The notes beneath the pieces were generated by a model. That model did not search any database, was not told where the DNA came from, and worked only from the letters and a program-made list of their open reading frames with translations. Below are positions 1-9,499 of a DNA stretch of 64,000 nucleotides, one piece after another. A program made the position numbers and the translations under genes. The stretch lies in assembly GCA_050253415.1 (NCBI GenBank), contig JBFWJC010000002.1, forward strand, positions 608,725 to 672,724. Reading direction: 5' to 3'. Origin of the DNA: Pedobacter sp. GTDB lineage: Bacteria; Desulfobacterota; Desulfuromonadia; Desulfuromonadales; Syntrophotaleaceae. The first letter of the stretch is position 1. Each line of letters opens with the position of its first letter.

Positions 1-7
1 TTTCGGG

Positions 8-1096
8 GTGTTTTTCCTCTTTCCTCTGTTCATTGAAATGCACGGGGGTTCCGAAGCCGACATCGGTATCATTATGGGAGTGTTTGCCCTGGCCGCCACC
101 GTATGCCGGCCCTGGGTTTCTGAACTGATCGATCGCATCGGGCGCCGGCGCAGTTTCACCATCGGCACTTTGATGATGGTTATGTTGCCCGTGGGTTACC
201 TGCTCCTATCCGGACCTTTGACGGGATTCTATCTGGTGCTGATGGTGATGCGGATTCTGCACGGCATCGGCATGGCGCTCTGTTTTACCGCGGCCTTTAC
301 CTTCGTGGCGGATATCGTGCCGCCGGCACGTCTAAACGAAGGCATCGGCATATTCGGCATTTCAGGGCTTGTGGGTATGGCTGCTGGCCCGGCTCTGGCC
401 GAATTTTCTCTTAATCACTACGGTTTTCCCGCCATGTTCGTGACGGCTTCGCTGTTTGCCGGGGTAGGACTGGTGGCTCATTTCCCTTTGGCGGAACCTC
501 TGGCCGACCAGCATGATCGTGATGCGGGGGCCTCTTTTTTCCAGGTTTTGGCGCGGCCCAAAATTTTAACCGTGGCGTTGCTGGCGGTACTTTTTGGTAT
601 TGGGCAGGCGAGTTCCGGCAACTTTGTCGCGCCCCTGGCTGCTGCGCGCAGCATCGTGCATGTTTCATGGTTTTTCGTCGCCTATTCCGTGGCGGCGGTG
701 CTGGTGCGGTTGGGGGGAGGGCGTGTGGCCGACCGGATCGGAGAGTTGCGGGTGCTCCCCTACGCTCTGGTCATTACAGGGGCGGGGTTGTTGTTCGTGA
801 CCCTGGCGCATCATGCCTGGTCCCTTGCCCTGGCCGGTGCTATAACCGGTTTCGGCCACGGGTTGCTGTTTCCTTCCCTTAATTCCCTGGCGGTACGCGG
901 TGAGCCAGCCGGTATTCGTGGCAAGATTACCGGCATCTATACCGGTGCGCTGGATGGCGGAAACTTCACCGGGTCCATTCTGCTTGGCTATATCGGTGAG
1001 TGGATAGGTCTGCGAGCGGTATTTATCGTTGCCGGTTTGGCCTTGCTCAGCGGTCTGATAGTGTTACCCTGGGGCCTTCGTCGAGGAAAGGCGTGA
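8..1096 (+). CDS. MFS transporter (5' end probably upstream of the window)
   Basis: Many hydrophobic TM segments; MFS motif A-like 'IDRIGRR' and 'ADRIGE' in the two halves; the frame is open to the window edge. Confidence 0.85.
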   Translation: MFFLFPLFIEMHGGSEADIGIIMGVFALAATVCRPWVSELIDRIGRRRSFTIGTLMMVMLPVGYLLLSGPLTGFYLVLMVMRILHGIGMALCFTAAFTFVADIVPPARLNEGIGIFGISGLVGMAAGPALAEFSLNHYGFPAMFVTASLFAGVGLVAHFPLAEPLADQHDRDAGASFFQVLARPKILTVALLAVLFGIGQASSGNFVAPLAAARSIVHVSWFFVAYSVAAVLVRLGGGRVADRIGELRVLPYALVITGAGLLFVTLAHHAWSLALAGAITGFGHGLLFPSLNSLAVRGEPAGIRGKITGIYTGALDGGNFTGSILLGYIGEWIGLRAVFIVAGLALLSGLIVLPWGLRRGKA

Positions 1097-1195
1097 CCCT
1101 GTACCTCTGGGTGTAAACCGGTACAAGAATCTGTCGACAAACTCCCAATACAGTCAGGCCATCATATTCTCAGTGCCTTCGTGTCGATCCTGAAA

Positions 1196-3403
1196 TTATC
1201 GCTTTTTATGCGAATTGGGAGGATCCGAATCTTTTTCCAGTCTCCGGGATTGTTTTTGAGCTTTTCGGCTTATGGCCTGGGTCTGCAACTCTGTCCAGAC
1301 GGCAAGGTTGTTTTTTTGGATAACCTTGAAATTGGCGAGTAATTGCTTCAGCCTCCGTGCCTGTTTCGCGAGGGTTTCGGCAGATGCGGCGCTCTCCTGT
1401 GCGGCAAGGGTATTTTCGCCATTTTCCGAGGGGGGTTCATGTGCAGGCGGCGTCAGGTTCACTCCCAGGGCCTGTTCCCGGCTGGCGACGGCGATTTCCG
1501 AGGCCAAGTCGGTAATCTTGCCGATCCCTTCAACAATTTTGCGCAAAGTTTGTGCCGTATAATCGACGCTGTTGTTATCTGCGCCCGGGGTGTCGCTGGT
1601 GCTTTCAATCAGATCAGCCGTATCTTTGGCAGTACGGGCGCTGCGGGCAGCCAGATTACGCACCTCTTCAGCCACAGAAGCGAAACCTTTCAGGTCTTCC
1701 TTCTGTCCGCCCCTTGTTGCGCCAACTGCAGCGTTGAGGGTCAGAAGATTGGACTGAAAAGCGATTTCGTCGACGATTTTGATGATTTTGGAAATATCTT
1801 CGGCCGAGGCATTGATGTCGGCAACGCTTTCTGCCATCTCTTCAAACAAGAGATGTCCATCCGTTTCGCCCCCCCCCTCAGCTGTCGCGGTACCGGGACT
1901 TGTCGACACCTGATCGGCGCAGCTGGCCACCTGATTGGCAATGTCCTGGATCTCTTGCACCAATTCATTGAGTGCGACGTTGGCTCTGGCCAGAGGTTTG
2001 GCGATTAAGCCCTTGGCCTTGAAGGTGAAATCTCCATGGGCCAGTTTGTCAAAAGCTGTGTGTATTTCTTCCTGCAGGTTGTCGGCAAAGTGGTCCACGG
2101 CGCCCGCGATTTCGCCGATTTCATCTGTCCGTGACAGGTTCAGACGCTGGTCCAGTTTACCTTCTTCCATGCCGAGGATCATGTCGAGGGTCTGTTTTAG
2201 AGGCTTGCTTATGCTGCGCGCCATAATCAAACCGACTATGATCGCAACCACCAGGACCATGGCAGCCACAGTCATTGCAGACCGGATAATGGAAAATAGA
2301 CCGGCTTTTACCGAATCCTGGGCAGCTTGGAGGTCATCTTCGTTGAAAACAGCGACAATGACCCAGTCCGATGGCTCAAAGTAAGTAATGGCCGCGGTGC
2401 GCATTCGGGGGGCTTTGTCTCCTTTCTCCTGAAAAGAATACTGTTCGAATGCAACGGGAATCTCGGCCTCGGATTCGGTATGCAGTGTCATAGCCTTTTC
2501 GATCAGGCTGCGGATAAAAAACCGACCATCCCTGGTGTCCTGGCGGTCCCAAAAGGACGTACCTTCAATCCCTTGCTGGCGGCTGATCTGGACCACACCT
2601 CGATGCTTATTCGTGCCACCGAGGATGAAGACCTCTCCGCTTTGACCAACCTGCATGGCCTTGATACCCTGGCGCAAGCTAACGACGTTTTCCTGCTTTT
2701 CGCCAAAATAAAGCACGCCGACCACTTTTTCGTGACCCTTATCCCAGATCGGCTGATAAGCGGTTATATACCATGCGTTAACCACGAACGCGCGACCCAC
2801 AAAAGTTTTGCCACTCATGACCGCCGTGATGACTTCGTTGGCGGAACCGTCCGGGTTGACGGCTGGGATATATGTGCCAATGGCTCGCATACCGTTATTT
2901 TGCAAGACATTGGTGGCAATCCGCAGCATGTCCCCGTCTTCATTCATGCGCTGAAAGACGCTGGCTGTCCCGCCGACCAGTTGTTTTACTTCATCGACCA
3001 GGGGGGTATGATATGCAGCGTCGCGGTTCTGGCCGAACCATTGGTTGCCGATGCGCATTTTAGGCAGCAGAACGGATTTGGTTTCTTTGGTGAACTGGTT
3101 GACAGCAACCCATCTGATGGTTTCAGGTGTAATGGAAATGCCGCCTTTGTTATGAAGCAGAGCGTTGGCTACTTTAAGGTTATGTAAAACCGTATCTGTG
3201 ACCGATTCGCGCATGACTTCGCACATCAGGTGTATGCTGCGCGCCACTTTGCTTGTTTCCTGGCGGGCCTGGTTTTCTATGATATTGGTAACGCTCAGGC
3301 CAATGCGTTTTTCCTGGAAGTGGGTAATGCCGACAATGGCAGCAGTTGTCAGCACGACCAATGTAACCCCCATGGCAGTAATCTTGCCCTGGATTTTCAT
3401 CAT
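1196..3403 (-). CDS. Methyl-accepting chemotaxis protein (Cache-type sensor, HAMP) with degenerate signalling domain
   Basis: TM-periplasmic Cache-like region-TM-HAMP (RTDEIGEIA), then 'ISKIIKIVDEIAFQSNLL...VAEEVRNLAARS'. Confidence 0.85.
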   Translation of the reverse strand: MMKIQGKITAMGVTLVVLTTAAIVGITHFQEKRIGLSVTNIIENQARQETSKVARSIHLMCEVMRESVTDTVLHNLKVANALLHNKGGISITPETIRWVAVNQFTKETKSVLLPKMRIGNQWFGQNRDAAYHTPLVDEVKQLVGGTASVFQRMNEDGDMLRIATNVLQNNGMRAIGTYIPAVNPDGSANEVITAVMSGKTFVGRAFVVNAWYITAYQPIWDKGHEKVVGVLYFGEKQENVVSLRQGIKAMQVGQSGEVFILGGTNKHRGVVQISRQQGIEGTSFWDRQDTRDGRFFIRSLIEKAMTLHTESEAEIPVAFEQYSFQEKGDKAPRMRTAAITYFEPSDWVIVAVFNEDDLQAAQDSVKAGLFSIIRSAMTVAAMVLVVAIIVGLIMARSISKPLKQTLDMILGMEEGKLDQRLNLSRTDEIGEIAGAVDHFADNLQEEIHTAFDKLAHGDFTFKAKGLIAKPLARANVALNELVQEIQDIANQVASCADQVSTSPGTATAEGGGETDGHLLFEEMAESVADINASAEDISKIIKIVDEIAFQSNLLTLNAAVGATRGGQKEDLKGFASVAEEVRNLAARSARTAKDTADLIESTSDTPGADNNSVDYTAQTLRKIVEGIGKITDLASEIAVASREQALGVNLTPPAHEPPSENGENTLAAQESAASAETLAKQARRLKQLLANFKVIQKNNLAVWTELQTQAISRKAQKQSRRLEKDSDPPNSHKKR

Positions 3404-3776
3404 TATTCTCCCTGGAATTCAGCCCTTGTCCAAGCGGGGGAGATACCAATAATGCCTTAACCGGCGAAAGGTTTCCATTGGAGGTATCTCGCAACGCAAA
3501 CAAATTGTTTCGACTTTTGGAAAGCCGGTACGAAGCGAAAGGATGTTCATTCAGTGATGATTTTGATTGGATAATAGTACAAAAACATGTTGTTCCATGC
3601 CAGTCGGAACAAAAATATACCATTGAATGGGAATGATTAGAATAGGGGAAATGTGATAACTTGCTCCGATGTTCAACTTGAAAGCGCAGAATGGGTGCTG
3701 ACGGGGTTCTGCCGGACGGGGCCATCGGAATGGCCGCGCATGCTAAGAATCTGGTTATGTGTTATTGGTGTCCCGC

Positions 3777-4496
3777 TTAATCCCAGGCATCGGGCACGAA
3801 CAGGTACCCTTTGCCCCACACAGTTTTAATGCGGCAGGGTGTTGCGGCGCTATCTCCCAGTTTTTTGCGCAGTCGGGAAACCGCCACATCGACGGAACGG
3901 TCAAGGCCATCATAAGGGATCCCGCGCAAGCGTCGGTTGATGGTGTCTCGATCGAGAACCTTGCCGGCATGGCCGGCCAGCAGAGTGAGAAGATCGAATT
4001 CGGTACTGCTGAGGTTGATGGCTTCTTTTTGATAGACGACCTTGCGGGAAGGGGTGCTTATGAGCAGTTCGCCGAAATTCATGACCGGCCTCTGCTGGAG
4101 ATCGGGAACTCTTTTATGGCACCTGTCGCCGTGGAATCGCTTTAGCAAGGTACGAATTTTTGCCAACAGGGTTTGCGGTTCGATCGGTTTGTTTACATAG
4201 CCGTCGGCCAGCAGGGCCGTTTTGCTTCCGGTGGGTTGTCCGTTTTCCCGGTCGGCCAGAAGGATGACCGGGCCCTGGTAGGTGGCGCGTATGTCCTGAT
4301 ACAGCGCTTCGCTGTCAGTCGTGGACGGAGAAGGGTCGAGGATCACGAGATGGGGCCGTTCACAGTCGATTGCAGGCACACTCTTTTTGTGCAATTCTGC
4401 GGTAGTCTTATAGCCATGACGTTGCAGATAGTTTTTGAGAAATTTGGACAGTTGTTGGTCCTCTCCTACCAGCATTAGGCAAAAAGGTTGGTTCAT
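3777..4496 (-). CDS. OmpR/PhoB-family response regulator, atypical receiver, no adjacent kinase
   Basis: Winged-helix C-terminus 'DRSVDVAVSRLRKKLGD...IKTVWGKGY'; GGAGG RBS before ATG 4496. Confidence 0.85.
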   Translation of the reverse strand: MNQPFCLMLVGEDQQLSKFLKNYLQRHGYKTTAELHKKSVPAIDCERPHLVILDPSPSTTDSEALYQDIRATYQGPVILLADRENGQPTGSKTALLADGYVNKPIEPQTLLAKIRTLLKRFHGDRCHKRVPDLQQRPVMNFGELLISTPSRKVVYQKEAINLSSTEFDLLTLLAGHAGKVLDRDTINRRLRGIPYDGLDRSVDVAVSRLRKKLGDSAATPCRIKTVWGKGYLFVPDAWD

Positions 4497-4599
4497 TGCG
4501 TTACCTCCGCATTGGATATGGTCTTGAATGTACACAAGGGTTTGATTAGAGGCCGCGGGTTCCGGCGGTTGACGGTTTTTTTATTAACGGTTTTTAAAA

Positions 4600-4615
4600 T
4601 GCAAGAAAGGTACCA
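4600..4615 (-). promoter_or_regulatory. Sigma54 (-24/-12) promoter for the response regulator
   Basis: Minus strand TGGTACCTTTCTTGCA = GG-N10-GC; overlaps a 10-bp inverted repeat at 4601-4627. Confidence 0.65.
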
Positions 4616-4757
4616 TGCCTTTCTTGCTGTGCAATAATCCGGGCTGGCAGCCGCTGACATGGTTTTATAGCCCGTTTTATGGTAATGGTGACGGCATGAT
4701 GTCGCCGCTTGCCAACAGGATTCATGCCCTGGCCGGGCTGGATGGGAGACGGGACGT

Positions 4758-5597
4758 ATGCAGGAAACCATTGCAATTATCTTTGATTTCGACGATACGC
4801 TGGCACCGGACAGCACCTCGAGTTTTCTCGATAACCGTGGGGTCGATGTGCCCCATTTCTGGCAACATAAGGTTCTGCCCCGCATCGAGGCCGGCTGGGA
4901 TCCTGTACCGGCTTATCTGTACGAAATGATCGTCCTGTCGAACACCGGGGACGCGATCCGCCGCGATGATCTTATGCGCTGGGGCAAGCGCATCAAGCCT
5001 TTCACCGGCGCCACGCGGATTTTTGATCGGGTACGTCGGCACGCCGAGTCGATCAATGAACGGGTCGGGGTCGAGTTCTATCTGATCAGCAGCGGCATCG
5101 GCGATATCCTGCGGCATACGCGATTGGCGCGCCATTTTCATGATATGTGGGCTTGCGATTTTCACTACGACGACCATGCCGGCATCGTCTATCCGAAGAA
5201 TGTGGTCAGTTTTACCGATAAAACCCGCTTTTTGTTTCAGATCGCCAAGGGGATTACCGGCCCCGAATGCCGCAGCGAGCCGTTTGCCGTCAACCGCAAG
5301 CTGAGCCAACAGCAATTGCGCGTCCCTTTCGATCAAATGATCGTGGTCGGCGATGGTCTGACCGATATCCCATGTTTTTCCCTGATTCGCCGTAGCGGTG
5401 GCTATGCCATCGGGGTCTTCGATCGGGCCAACAAGGCCAAATGGGGGCGTGCCTGGGGGTTTATCGAGGACGGACGGGTTTCCAATCTGGTGCCGGCCGA
5501 TTTCAGTAAAAATTCCGCACTGTCCCTCTCTTTGCTGATGGCGGTGGAAAACCTGGCGCGTAAACTTAAATTGCGGGCCCAGACCTATCAGGGGTAA
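4758..5597 (+). CDS. HAD-superfamily hydrolase
   Basis: Motif I 'IFDFDDTL', motif II 'ISSG', motif IV 'VGDGLTD'. Confidence 0.85.
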   Translation: MQETIAIIFDFDDTLAPDSTSSFLDNRGVDVPHFWQHKVLPRIEAGWDPVPAYLYEMIVLSNTGDAIRRDDLMRWGKRIKPFTGATRIFDRVRRHAESINERVGVEFYLISSGIGDILRHTRLARHFHDMWACDFHYDDHAGIVYPKNVVSFTDKTRFLFQIAKGITGPECRSEPFAVNRKLSQQQLRVPFDQMIVVGDGLTDIPCFSLIRRSGGYAIGVFDRANKAKWGRAWGFIEDGRVSNLVPADFSKNSALSLSLLMAVENLARKLKLRAQTYQG

Positions 5598-5612
5598 CGC
5601 TCTGGAGCGGAT

Positions 5613-6152
5613 ATGCGAGATGTGACCGGTGTTGAGGATCTTCTACGACAGAGCGGCTACCAAGATTTTTGCTGGCTGGCCGGTGCGCAACTGCCAGTGT
5701 GCCAATGGGTACGCTTCAAGTGCCGTTACGGGTGTCCCAATTACGGGCAGTTGGCGACGTGTCCGCCGGAGGTGCCTACTCTGGACGCGTGCCGGGAGTT
5801 TTTCGGTGAATACGGGCATGTAGCCGTCATCCGGTTGTCTGCCTGCGTCAGCGGGCTTGCCGAAGATGCACAGTGGAATCGTCAGGTTAGCCAGGATTTG
5901 CTGGCTCTTGAAAGAGCTGTCTTTCTGGCCGGTTTTCCTAAGGCTCTGGTGTTGTTTCCCGGACCCTGCCGATTGTGTGAAATCTGCACCGGGGATCGCA
6001 AAACCTGTCGCCGACCGGCGGATGTGCGTCCCAGTCCCGAAGCCTTGGGCGTTGATCTGTTCGGTGCGGTGCGTCTGGCCGGTTACGACCTGCGGATTTT
6101 GCAGGATACCGACCAACCGATGGCGCGTTTCGCATTTTTGCTGGTAGCATGA
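5613..6152 (+). CDS. DUF2284-like Cys-rich metal-binding protein
   Basis: 'WVRFKCRYGCPNYG..CPP', 'GPCRLCEIC...C', 'RPSPEALGVD'. Confidence 0.75.
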   Translation: MRDVTGVEDLLRQSGYQDFCWLAGAQLPVCQWVRFKCRYGCPNYGQLATCPPEVPTLDACREFFGEYGHVAVIRLSACVSGLAEDAQWNRQVSQDLLALERAVFLAGFPKALVLFPGPCRLCEICTGDRKTCRRPADVRPSPEALGVDLFGAVRLAGYDLRILQDTDQPMARFAFLLVA

Positions 6153-6185
6153 ATGAATTATGCGAATTCAACCTGCGGAGGTCTC

Positions 6186-6794
6186 ATGCAACAGCCCAAA
6201 AAGATCGTGGCGGTGGTTGGCAGTTACCGTAAAGGCGGGATTATCGATTCCGCTGTGGACCAGGTCCTGGCCGCGGCCGCAGAGCAGGGCGCCCGCGTCA
6301 GTAAAATTTATCTGTTGGACAAACACATCGAATTTTGCAGTAACTGTCGCAGGTGCACCCAGGAGCAGGGAGACCGGCGCGGTTATTGTGCCATCCGGGA
6401 TGATATGGCTGGAGTGCTCGATGAACTGGAATCTGCTGACGGTATCGTGCTTGGTTCGCCCATTAATTTTTTCAGCGTAACCGCCTTGACCAAACGGTTT
6501 GTCGAGCGTCTGGTCTGCTATGCCTGGTGGCCCTGGGGGGGCAGGGTTCCCAAAATGCGCTCCAGTAAGCGCCCCCGCCGCGCGGTATTGCTTTTGTCTT
6601 GCGCCATGCCGGCTTTCATGGCACGGCTGTTGGGCGGTGCGCCACGGGTACTGAAAACGGCGGCAGCGATTTTGGGTGCCCGGATCGTCGGACTCTTGAT
6701 TATCGGCCAGGTGGCGCAGCAGGAGCATGAGACGCTGCCCGACCGGGCGCGAAACAAAGCGCGACAGTTAGGCGTCAAACTGGCAGCTGGCTGA
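6186..6794 (+). CDS. Flavodoxin-like / iron-sulfur flavoprotein (NADPH-dependent FMN reductase family)
   Basis: 'GSYRKGG', CxxCxxC...C, 'DGIVLGSP'; GGAGG before ATG 6186. Confidence 0.8.
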   Translation: MQQPKKIVAVVGSYRKGGIIDSAVDQVLAAAAEQGARVSKIYLLDKHIEFCSNCRRCTQEQGDRRGYCAIRDDMAGVLDELESADGIVLGSPINFFSVTALTKRFVERLVCYAWWPWGGRVPKMRSSKRPRRAVLLLSCAMPAFMARLLGGAPRVLKTAAAILGARIVGLLIIGQVAQQEHETLPDRARNKARQLGVKLAAG

Positions 6795-6865
6795 TTCCCA
6801 TCTTCGGCTTTCGGAGGGGGAAACTTTTCAGCCGTGGCAACAAAGATAACGCCTGGGAGGGCAAC

Positions 6866-7834
6866 ATGAAAATCGTGTATCTGGATGGTTATACACTTAA
6901 TCCCGGCGATCTCAGCTGGGATGCCTTGGCCGAATTGGGTGAATTGACCATTTATGAGCGCACCCCGCCTGAGCTGGTGCTTGACCGCGCCAGGGGTGCC
7001 CAGGTGTTGCTGACCAATAAGGTCGAATTCGATGACGCCCGGCTTGCTCAACTTGACGGCTTGCAATATATCGGCGTGACGGCGACCGGTTTCAATATTG
7101 TCGATACCGTCGCTGCGCGGCGACGCGGAATAGTGGTGACCAATGCTCCTGCTTACAGTACCCGTTCGGTATCGCAGATGGTGTTTGCCTTGCTGCTGGA
7201 GATGACCCAGCAGGTCGGTCATCACAGTCGCCTGGTACAGGAACAGCAGCGCTGGAGCAGCAGTCCCGATTTCAGTTTTTGGGATCGTCCCCTGATTGAG
7301 CTGGACGGCTTGACCATGGGGCTGGTCGGTTTCGGGCAGATAGGACGCCAGGTTGCTGGTATCGCGCGTGCCTTCGGTATGCGGGTTCTCGCCCATACCG
7401 CCCACCCTGCCAACTACAGCGCATATGAGCAGCGTGGTGAAGTTTCTTTTGTTTCCCTCGATGACCTGTTCAGCCGTAGCGACGTGATCAGCCTGCATTG
7501 CCCTCTCACCGATGCAACCAAGCATCTTGTCGATGTCCGTCGGTTGGGTCTGATGAAATCCTCGGCCCTGCTCATTAATACCTCACGCGGTCCGTTATTG
7601 GATGAGGCGGCCGTTGCAAAGGCTCTCAACGAAGGGCGCATCGGTGGGTTGGGGACCGATGTTCTGTCCAGTGAACCACCTGCAGCCGATCATCCCCTGC
7701 TCCATGCCCGCCATGCCTTTATCACGCCGCATATTGCCTGGGCCAGCCGTGAAGCCCGTTTGCGCTTGATGCATATCGTGACCGAGAACCTGCGGTCCTT
7801 TATGGACGGCCATCCTCAAAATGTCGTTAACTGA
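6866..7834 (+). CDS. D-2-hydroxyacid dehydrogenase (glycerate dehydrogenase/hydroxypyruvate reductase-like)
   Basis: 'GLVGFGQIG', 'SLHCPLT', 'LINTSRG', 'TPHIAW'. Confidence 0.9.
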   Translation: MKIVYLDGYTLNPGDLSWDALAELGELTIYERTPPELVLDRARGAQVLLTNKVEFDDARLAQLDGLQYIGVTATGFNIVDTVAARRRGIVVTNAPAYSTRSVSQMVFALLLEMTQQVGHHSRLVQEQQRWSSSPDFSFWDRPLIELDGLTMGLVGFGQIGRQVAGIARAFGMRVLAHTAHPANYSAYEQRGEVSFVSLDDLFSRSDVISLHCPLTDATKHLVDVRRLGLMKSSALLINTSRGPLLDEAAVAKALNEGRIGGLGTDVLSSEPPAADHPLLHARHAFITPHIAWASREARLRLMHIVTENLRSFMDGHPQNVVN

Positions 7835-7864
7835 TCGGGGACCTGCCGGTGAACGCATATTGAC

Positions 7865-7892
7865 TTGACATTCCATGGGGAAATTTTATGAT
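7865..7892 (+). promoter_or_regulatory. Putative sigma70 promoter for folD
   Basis: TTGACA (7865-7870), 16 nt, TATGAT (7887-7892). Confidence 0.5.
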
Positions 7893-7916
7893 GACGCCTG
7901 CCAAGAGGCAGCTTGC

Positions 7917-7990
7917 AGTGACAAGTGACAAGTGACAAGTGACAAGTGACAAGTGACAAGTGACAAGTGACAAGTGACAAGTGACAAGTG
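7917..7990. repeat. Perfect heptanucleotide tandem repeat (AGTGACA)x10.5
   Basis: Read directly; ends 10 nt before the folD RBS (AGGAG 8001-8005). Confidence 0.97.
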
Positions 7991-8010
7991 TTTTTATAAA
8001 AGGAGTTCAA

Positions 8011-8883
8011 ATGTCTGCTAATTTGCTCGAAGGAAATGTCGTCGCCGCGGCCGTATTGGAAGATGTGGCCAGGCGTGTGGCGGTTCTTAAACAAAAAGGG
8101 ATTCAGCCTGGTCTTGGTACCATCCTGGTTGGTGAGGATGGTCCGAGTGTCAGCTATGTCAACAAAAAGCATGAAACCTGCAAAACCGTCGATATTGCCT
8201 CCTTTAATATTTCGATTCCGGCCACGGCAAGCCAGGCCGATCTGCTGGCTGCGGTTCGAGACTTCAATGAGAGCCCGGCCGTGGATGCCTATATCATCCA
8301 GTATCCTTTGCCCAAAGGTTTCGACTTTAATGAAGCCCTGATGCTGATGGATCCGGACAAGGACGCCGACGGTCTGCATCCGGTCAATCTCGGCCGCCTG
8401 GTATTGCAGGAACCCGGTCCGGTGCCTTGTACCCCCGCAGGCATTCGCGCCATGCTCAAACATTACGATATCCCCATAGAAGGCAAAGAGGTTGTCGTTA
8501 TCGGTCGCGGTCCGACGCTGGGGCGTCCCTTGTCGCTGCTGCTGACCCTTAAGCAACCCTATGCCAATGCTGCCGTGACGGTAGTTCATTCCGGCATCAA
8601 GGATCTCGGCGCCTATACCCGGCGGGCCGATGTCGTCATTGCCGCTGCCGGTTGCCCCGGTATCGTGCAACCCGACATGATTCGTCCCGGAGCGGTTGTC
8701 ATAAGTGGCGGGATCAGCTGGGAAGGGCGCAAGTTGCTGCCGGATGTTGATGAGTCGGTTGGCGAGGTCGCGGGTTGGATTACCCCTCGGCTTGGTGGCG
8801 TCGGTCCGACTACCGTTGCCATGTTGCTGCAAAATACCATTCAGGCCGCCGAAGAGCGTGCGCGCAAGGCCGGCAAACTGTAA
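8011..8883 (+). CDS. folD: Bifunctional methylenetetrahydrofolate dehydrogenase/cyclohydrolase (divergent)
   Basis: 'YVNKK', 'QYPLP', 'KDADGLHP', 'PCTPAG', 'GGVGPTT'; AGGAG RBS. Confidence 0.92.
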   Translation: MSANLLEGNVVAAAVLEDVARRVAVLKQKGIQPGLGTILVGEDGPSVSYVNKKHETCKTVDIASFNISIPATASQADLLAAVRDFNESPAVDAYIIQYPLPKGFDFNEALMLMDPDKDADGLHPVNLGRLVLQEPGPVPCTPAGIRAMLKHYDIPIEGKEVVVIGRGPTLGRPLSLLLTLKQPYANAAVTVVHSGIKDLGAYTRRADVVIAAAGCPGIVQPDMIRPGAVVISGGISWEGRKLLPDVDESVGEVAGWITPRLGGVGPTTVAMLLQNTIQAAEERARKAGKL

Positions 8884-8907
8884 TCTTGCCGTTTTCCCAT
8901 GGTAATC

Positions 8908-8952
8908 ATAAAGGGCGTCACCGCTACAGGCGGTCGACGCCCTTTATTTTTA
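8908..8952 (+). terminator. Rho-independent terminator after folD
   Basis: ATAAAGGGCGTC...GACGCCCTTTAT stem followed by T-run. Confidence 0.75.
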
Positions 8953-9499
8953 TGTGGAAATACCAAGGTGACTTTCAGGGCGGATGGGGTCAGTGTAGGT
9001 TTGTTTATGTTTGAATGGGAAAGGCTTGATGCTGGCTAATAAAGTGGTCGGGCGGTGTTATTCAGGACTAGAGTCCGTTCATGTCGGAAATGTAGCGTTG
9101 AAAAATGGTTGGAAAATTTCAATAGTATGTGCAAGGCAAAGTTTAAATTATTACAGGGCATTCATGTTGTCTCAAATTTGGTTACCCTTGGCTAATTTAA
9201 GCGCCGTTTCTCTTTTTTAAAATTAGATACGGATAATAAACAGGCTGAAGCAGCACCTTTTTGGTTTGTTTGTATTAATTTACCATGAGATTTCCAAATT
9301 AAGGTCTGTGAGGTTTTTAATTGTTTAAATTGTGTAGTCTTGGTCATGTGTTTGTGTAAATAATCCAGGAAGCCTTTCTGAGGATTTTTTATTTCATGAT
9401 TAACAATTTCGTTTTTTCAGGTGGCACCTTTCGAGAGTTCTAATTATTCTTGAGGCACCAACGCGCACTTTATTGTAACCTGATGACTCCACCCCTTTA

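Noticed and set aside
7835..7916. ZTP (pfl) or THF riboswitch upstream of folD
   Set aside because: Characteristic conserved segments were not recognisable by eye; an Rfam scan would settle it.
7917..7990. Tandem repeat as a CRISPR array, or as the coding 'LSLVTCH' repeat of ORF 7816-8832 (-)
   Set aside because: 7-nt units with no spacers and no cas genes; the ORF is antisense to folD and the peptide repeat is a by-product of the microsatellite.
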